Shown here piece after piece: positions 57,648-64,000 of a stretch of 64,000 nucleotides of DNA (position 1 is the stretch's first letter; every line of letters starts with the position of its first letter). The DNA comes from Octopus sinensis (taxonomy: Eukaryota). The translations under genes and the position numbers were made by a program. The stretch is taken from NCBI RefSeq assembly GCF_006345805.1, contig NC_043014.1, forward strand, positions 36,642,001 to 36,706,000, given 5' to 3'. The notes under the pieces are model-generated. The model did not search any database, was not told the origin of the DNA, and was given only the letters and a program-made list of their open reading frames with translations.

Positions 57648-58844
57648 ATGATGCAAACTGCCAATACAAACAGCAGGATGAACTATTTAGCGCTAAACTA
57701 TTAAGCACAATTCGTACGTAATTAAGCCAGCAGCACTTAGTTGAACAAATACTTCCGCGCATGCGTAATACAATAATGGTGGTGTTTTTAACTGTTATAT
57801 GGGAATGTAAATATGTTTGCAAATTGTTTTTGTTACTTGTTATTCTGTGATCTGAATACTTTTATTTTAATAAATGTTGCTTACTGCAAGTTATGGATGA
57901 TTCTTTTATGACTTCATTGCTTTCAGGCTTAGCTTAAGGTGTTTTCGTGCCCGACATCACAAAATGCGCCTGAATAAACATTGCCGGACAGCAAATAGAG
58001 ACTCGGACATTGCTTGGAAAAAATTTTTCCTTTTTAACCTCGTATATAGTACGCACTGGGGATTTTGACTTTTAAATTTTGGAGAAAAAAATGTGGATTA
58101 TATTACCACCTTTGAATTTGAGATACAAACACTCATAACAGTTTTCTTTTGAAATTTCACTCCATGAGATTGATACTATGAAATTTCTCGAAGTGATATC
58201 TGTCATTTACGTTTAATTAAAATATAGTTTCTTTTAAAATGGAAAAGTTAATTATACTTAAATCCAATTTTTTGCCTTACGTTTATATTCTCATCATATT
58301 TTACCTCACAAATTTTTTCATTCATATTTTTGTTGCATGGGAACGAAACTATGAAATTCTTTATGTTTTCTTCTATCATTAAAGTTAAGATAAATATATT
58401 TTGCTTTTAAAATAAAAAAGTTATTCAGATCTAAACTTGATTGGTGGCGTTACTTACTCTCCTATAACGTTGCTACAAATTTTGATGTAAACTTTTTCTA
58501 CTGGACCAAATCTCAATTATTTATGCCAAAATATAGCTAGGGACCAGCCCTCTTCAAAAATGTTAACAGTTTTCAATTTGGTTAAGAACTGAGTTAGTTA
58601 CAAGCTCTGAAAGATGCTGCGTATGAATAAATTGTAACTTTAAGTATATTATTCAATTACTACCGTAGTTGGATGATATAATAGATAGCTAGATATATTC
58701 ATACATACATACATACAGACAAACATACAAACATACATGCATGCATACATACATGCATACATACATACATTCATTCTTAATGTTGAAAAACAAGTAGTAA
58801 CTGCTGAACAAAGAACTCAGTACACTATATAGAGGAAATATATT

Positions 58845-61503
58845 TATTTATTCCCAAGAAAGTTGACTGTGATGTTGACTTCGAAGTTTTGGAAAAGATG
58901 TTAAGCAAACAGCATTCTGTAAAAGGGAAGAATTGCCATCATATAGAGAAACAATGGTTAGGTTAGGAAGAAGGTAACATGTATACATATTCACACGCGC
59001 GCGTGTTTGTGCACGCGCGTTTATATGTGTGTGGTTATGAATATAAATAGATAGATAGACAGATAAAATAGATAGACATACATACATACATTATACATAC
59101 ATACATACATACATACATGCATGCATACATACATACATACATGAATATATCTGATATTGCGTGTACAAATACATGTAAAACTGTCATGGATATGTTTAGA
59201 GCTCCAACTTCCTTCCTTTAGATTTGTTAAATAAGTTCTTAAAAGTTTTCAATTCACAGAAAATGTAGAGAAAATGTAAGGAAATAAAGTACAAGTTTAT
59301 ATTATAGTTCTTACCCGGATCTGTTTGGATCCCTACAATAGGTGTATCAAGGATATTTATATACTCAAACATTGCATGTTGACAGGCAACAATTTATTTC
59401 GTTAATTTATAGATGTTATGTTTGGAGTTGGATGGACGGCAAGTCACGTTGTAAGTATTTGGGGTCGGAAATAGAAGGAAAGCAATTGGATGAGGGGGGA
59501 AGTATAATTTATTCTTTTATTTCTGTCTTTATAATTGTCTTCTTTCTTCTTCCCTCTTACTGCTTCCCACTTTACTTTTTTCTATGTAGTTTAGATCTCT
59601 TTTCCTTCAAATTTTCTTTTCGTATTCATCACAACTATTCCTATAATTTCTTCATTTCAATATTATTTCTTATGTGCTTTCACATCTATCTAGATGAAGC
59701 AACTGAGTCCCAGATATAGTCATTTCAAGGCGGCGAGCTGGCAGAACCGTTAGCACGCCGGGTGAAACGCGTAGCTGTATTTCGTCTGCCGCTACGTTCT
59801 GAGTTCAAATTCCGCCGAGGTTGACTTTGCCTTTTATCCTTTCGGGGTCGATTAAATAAGTACCAGTTACGCACTGGGGGCGATGTAATCGACTTAATCC
59901 CTTTGTCTGTCCTTGTTTGTCCCATCTGTGTTTAGCTCCTAGTGGGTAGTAAAGAAACAGATATAGTCATTTCCCTTTCTCACATTAACTTGTAGTAGTC
60001 GTTATCGTACTCGTTTCGGACCCACATATAATGCTTTGAATTTCGTTGCACTATGGCATCTTAATCTGTTTCTTTTTTTTTTCTTTTTTTTTTTTCAATT
60101 ATTCAAGTGATACCATTGACTACTCTTTACCTCTTCGACACAGCGATGATAACGCATTTTATAATTAGCTAACAGTTAAGCTATTTATTTGCTTGAACAT
60201 TTTTACATTAGTATTTAATTTGTAGTTTAATCGAAATATAACATTATTCTATTTTCAACTCTTATTCATTTAATTAATTATTTTTACCCCCACCCCCGTT
60301 CCTACTGATTCAGTATGTCTTTTCCCCTAATGAACTCTGCAAGAAGATTACATTTCTTGGATACCTACATTCTGAACGCAGAAATGCGGGATTCGCATAC
60401 CTCAACAAGATATCTAGAAACTTATGCATGGATATATTTCCCTCATTGAAATGGATAGTAATATTAGCATGTAGTGCAGCGTCGCTTAGACTTCTTGCCG
60501 TTATATCAAGTCACATCTTGAAGTTATTTCTTTTGCAATCCAAGTGCAGGAGATTGCAACCGGATTTCTAATATGCAAAAGCGATAGTCAACACTTAAAC
60601 CCTCAAGACGCATCACTAAATATTGATTATGCTACTCTTCTGTTGAGGCCATTGCATATCTGATGAGAATCAGACCAAAACAATCATAGAGATACGACCT
60701 TTCAATGCAACATGATGTTACTGCTAAATCAATAAACCATACTGTTTATAGGAAAAAACTGCTCTGGAAGAAATATAGACAATGTCTGTGTTTTGAACAT
60801 ATGTGTACATATCAACTCGAAGAATATTTGTAGAATATTTCCATCAAAACTTTACCAAACGCAAACCTATCACGCCTCGTATTGCTGTTTGCGTCAGAAA
60901 AGTTAAATGATATATAGTCAGAGAAGTTATGAAAATAGCTGCCGAATTTAGTTGCTAGGATTGTATTTATGGACCACTACTTCGAAACATTCAGAAAGAA
61001 GAAATAGTCTACATCTTTGGTCGCAAACGAAGTTCCTTGAGTTACACCCGAGTTTTCATTTTACCAGAGAGATATCAAAGCAAAATCTAGGGGCTCCTAC
61101 ACAATTTTTGGATAATCATTTACGTTACAACAGGATGTCCAATAAAAATCACCCTCCTTACCAAGTAGGCTTAGTAAGGTTGCTGATTTTGTTGCCGATG
61201 AACACAACATCCGACGGTTAATGGGTTAAATGTTATCAGCAGTACTATAAGCGATATGACATGACGTACGTACATACACACACACACACATTGCTTTGTC
61301 TTTCACTTGGAGAATAATCGTGGCAGAGAGCGGGAAAACTTGTAAGCACAAGCAAAGCATTTTACGCTCTTCTAGTTCTGTGACCTACTTTCCTTCTTAT
61401 AAAAAATATTACAACCTTATAGAATATGATAAAAATAAGTAAAAACATTATCTACCTGCTTTAGCTTTAGGAGATGTTCGATTGAATGCTTTCAGATTAA
61501 TTT
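58845..61503 (-). CDS. Gene D: 3' part of a further paralog (stalk 61456-61503, exon 61162-61244, terminal exon 58845-58916); Ig exons would lie beyond the window
   Basis: 48-nt phase 1-1 exon xINLKAFNRTSPKAKA whose end resembles the gene A stalk (KANA/KDNA). Introns align with gene B 27240-27430 and 29060-29620. Confidence 0.55.
59727..59957 (+). mobile_element. Same SINE family with 16-bp TSD
   Basis: TSD cagatatagtcatttc at 59711-59726 and 59958-59973. Confidence 0.85.
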
Positions 61504-61888
61504 CTAAAATTGAAAATGAAATACTATACAGAAATGGCATATTCAAAACTTTAATTTAGTTTGCAGAGTTAAAATGGATGTACTGTTTCGAAATCAAAGG
61601 GAAATATGTAGTGTACGTAAAAACGGAGTTACTTTGAATAGCTTTAAAGCAATTTTTGATATTAAAAAGGTGATATTAAAATGTTTTCTTCAACACTATT
61701 CTCTTTTACTCTTTTATTCTTTTACTTGTTTCAGTCATTTGGCTGCGGTCATGCCGAAACACCGCCTTTAGTCGAGCAAATCGACCCTAGGACTTATTCT
61801 TTGTAAGCCTAGCACTTATTCTATCGGTCTCTTTTGCCGGGTGTGACGGGGACGTAAACACACCAACATCAGTTGTTAAACGATGTTG

Positions 61889-63470
61889 ATGACCCGAATT
61901 TAGAAATAGTAGTGGCATCAGATGCTAGTGAACGTGGCATTGGAGCTGCGATGGTATGAAGATGGTAGCCTGAAAGTAGTAGCTCATGCTTTGCGTTCAT
62001 TATTGCCGGCTGAAAAAAGCTACAGTCAAATAGAAGAAGAGGCATTAGCCATCATATTTGCGGCAAAATAATTCCATTAATTTATACATGGAAGATGGTT
62101 CCGTCTGCAGATAAACTACAGTCCATTATTGTCTATATATCGAAAAAGTGTCTTTCCATTCATGAAACCAATTGATTGAAGCTCTGGGGAACGATCCTAT
62201 TGAATTACGAGTTCAAAATGGAGTATTTGCCATCGAAAAATTGGGACATGCAGATGGATTGTCAAGATTAATACTAAAATACAGTGAACCACTACAAGAC
62301 AGTGATAGCGGCGTTAGAAACCGAAAATGAAATAAAAAAACATATTGTGCAATGTTTTACGCGAATTGCCGCTGTTGTTGGAGGAAATAAAAATGAAGGC
62401 AGAGACATACGAGTTTATCACAGAAATGAAAATATAGTGAAATCAGAAGAAACAAATAAAAAAAATACGTGTGGCTGAAAGTAACAGAGTTTCGAATTTG
62501 TATTTGATATATGATAATGTGCTTATGTAGAGGGGATCGTAATGCCTACCTCACTGCAAGGTCGAATGTTAAAGAAATTCCAAACTGGACAACCAGGAAT
62601 TTCTAGAATGAAGTTGCTTATGAGGAGTTATGTTTTCTGACCAAAAATGGATCTAGATATCTAGAAATTAGTAAAATCCTGCTGTGGCTGTGTTCTTGCA
62701 GCGAAAGCACTGCCTATGAAATTCCAACCATGGCCAAACACCAATATTCCATGGTCCAAAATATGCATACACTTCGCAGGATCGTTAAACCGATCATTTT
62801 ATCTAATAGTGGTATATAGCTATACAAATGTGAAAATGTGGCAAACTGAACTCAACGGTAACAGTAAAATTTCTAAGGCGGCGAGCTGGCAGAAACGTTA
62901 ACACGCCGGGCGAAATGCGTAGCCGTATTTCGTCTGCCGTTACGTTCTGAGTTCGAATTCCGCCGAGGTCGACTTTGCCTTTCATCCTTTCGGGGTCGAT
63001 AAATTAAGTACCAGTTACGCACTGGGGTCGATATAATCGACTTAATCCGTTTGTCTGTCCTTGTTTGTCCCCTCTGTGTTTAGCCCCTTGTGGGTAGTAA
63101 AGAAATAGGAAACAGTAAAATTTCAACACGAACTTTATGGTAGGTATGATGTCTCGGACACCATAGTATCTAGATACAGTACACAATTCACGGCGAATGA
63201 ATTTAAGAACTTTTGCACGATGTACTCAATTGAACATATAAAACTCCTCCGTATCAGCCAAGATCTAACGGGCAAGCAGAAAGTTCGTTGATACATTTAA
63301 AAGAGCATAACAGAAATCGAGAAACAAGCTAGTCGATGACACAACATTCACGCAATACTTGGGGGATTATAGGATAACACCAAACCCAAACGCTTTTTCA
63401 GGTTCGAAAACTAAAGTCAAATTTTGACAAGATACTACTGGTGAATGATGAATGATTATTCTCACCACGA
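61889..63470 (+). mobile_element. Ty3/Gypsy pol remnant (RNase H and integrase)
   Basis: DPNLEIVVASDASERGIGA, PAEKSYSQIEEEALAIIF, GISRMKLLMRSYV, PWSKICIHFAG and PYQPRSNGQAE, with many stops. Confidence 0.88.
62874..63110 (+). mobile_element. Same SINE family with 14-bp TSD, nested in a Gypsy integrase region
   Basis: TSD aacagtaaaatttc at 62860-62873 and 63111-63124. Confidence 0.85.
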
Positions 63471-64000
63471 ACACGTCGTAAGCGATGTCTTTTCTCTACA
63501 CTTCTAATTTCCTGTAAATATTTCTTTTTGATTAAACCCAATATCTGTTATTAAATTTACCCATCAATTCCTGCGTAACTGGTTGGCTAATTTGATATGC
63601 ACAACTTCTCCATTTTGTGTGAGATATGTTCCGTCTTCAGTATCCTGAAGCTGTTTATTAATCTCGTCTATGTTGATTGTATTGATAACCAATTTGACTT
63701 CACTGTAACCAGCTGCCCAAAACTGTGGACAACATACACAATGCCTATCGGTTATTTTGTAAACAATTTATCTACAACCCAAATATCCTACTGTTATTTC
63801 TTCGGCGTTGGTGATACCGGTTTGACAGTTGTGAGTCGGAGCGCACTAAGTATCATTCCTAATAATATTATTAATATTACATAAGGGTATAAGTGTATGT
63901 TAATGAAAAGAGTATATACATAAATGGAAATACGCATGCATACATATATTCAAAATCACGCGTGTGTGTAAACGTACACAAAATATGCATGCCCCCATAT

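Noticed and set aside
59315-59335. 18-nt microexon candidates here and near 47085-47105
   Set aside because: Too short to distinguish from chance; not conserved in gene B.

Overview
Eukaryotic, AT-rich, microsatellite- and transposon-dense DNA. The SINE and LINE families look like those of Octopus (cephalopod); this is an inference from recognised repeat sequence, not a database hit. Among the repeats is a head-to-tail tandem array of divergent immunoglobulin-superfamily (IgSF) genes on the minus strand, built as signal-peptide exon, V-like Ig exon, C2-like Ig exon, short stalk exon, then variable 3' exons. Gene A (about 1.5-23.5 kb) splices by hand to a complete 297-aa type I membrane protein. 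Gene B (about 25.9-39.8 kb) has an intact ectodomain but no transmembrane exon. Gene C (about 46.3-54.8 kb) is a broken copy, gene D enters from the right edge, and a fifth copy may lie off the left edge. The most striking observation is that the transmembrane and tyrosine-motif tail of gene A come from reading through the stalk-exon donor into an old antisense SINE, and this exon is present twice in tandem. Both intact V exons are preceded by 0.65-1.05 kb (GAA)n tracts at the same position. The rest is degenerate L1/Tx1, R4/Dong, CR1, Penelope-like, Gypsy, Tc1/mariner, pogo/Tigger, hAT and Helitron-type elements, plus hammerhead-like motifs and long inverted repeats. No rRNA, genuine tRNA gene or CRISPR array was seen. 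All exon calls and identity figures are manual and need RNA-seq and alignment confirmation.
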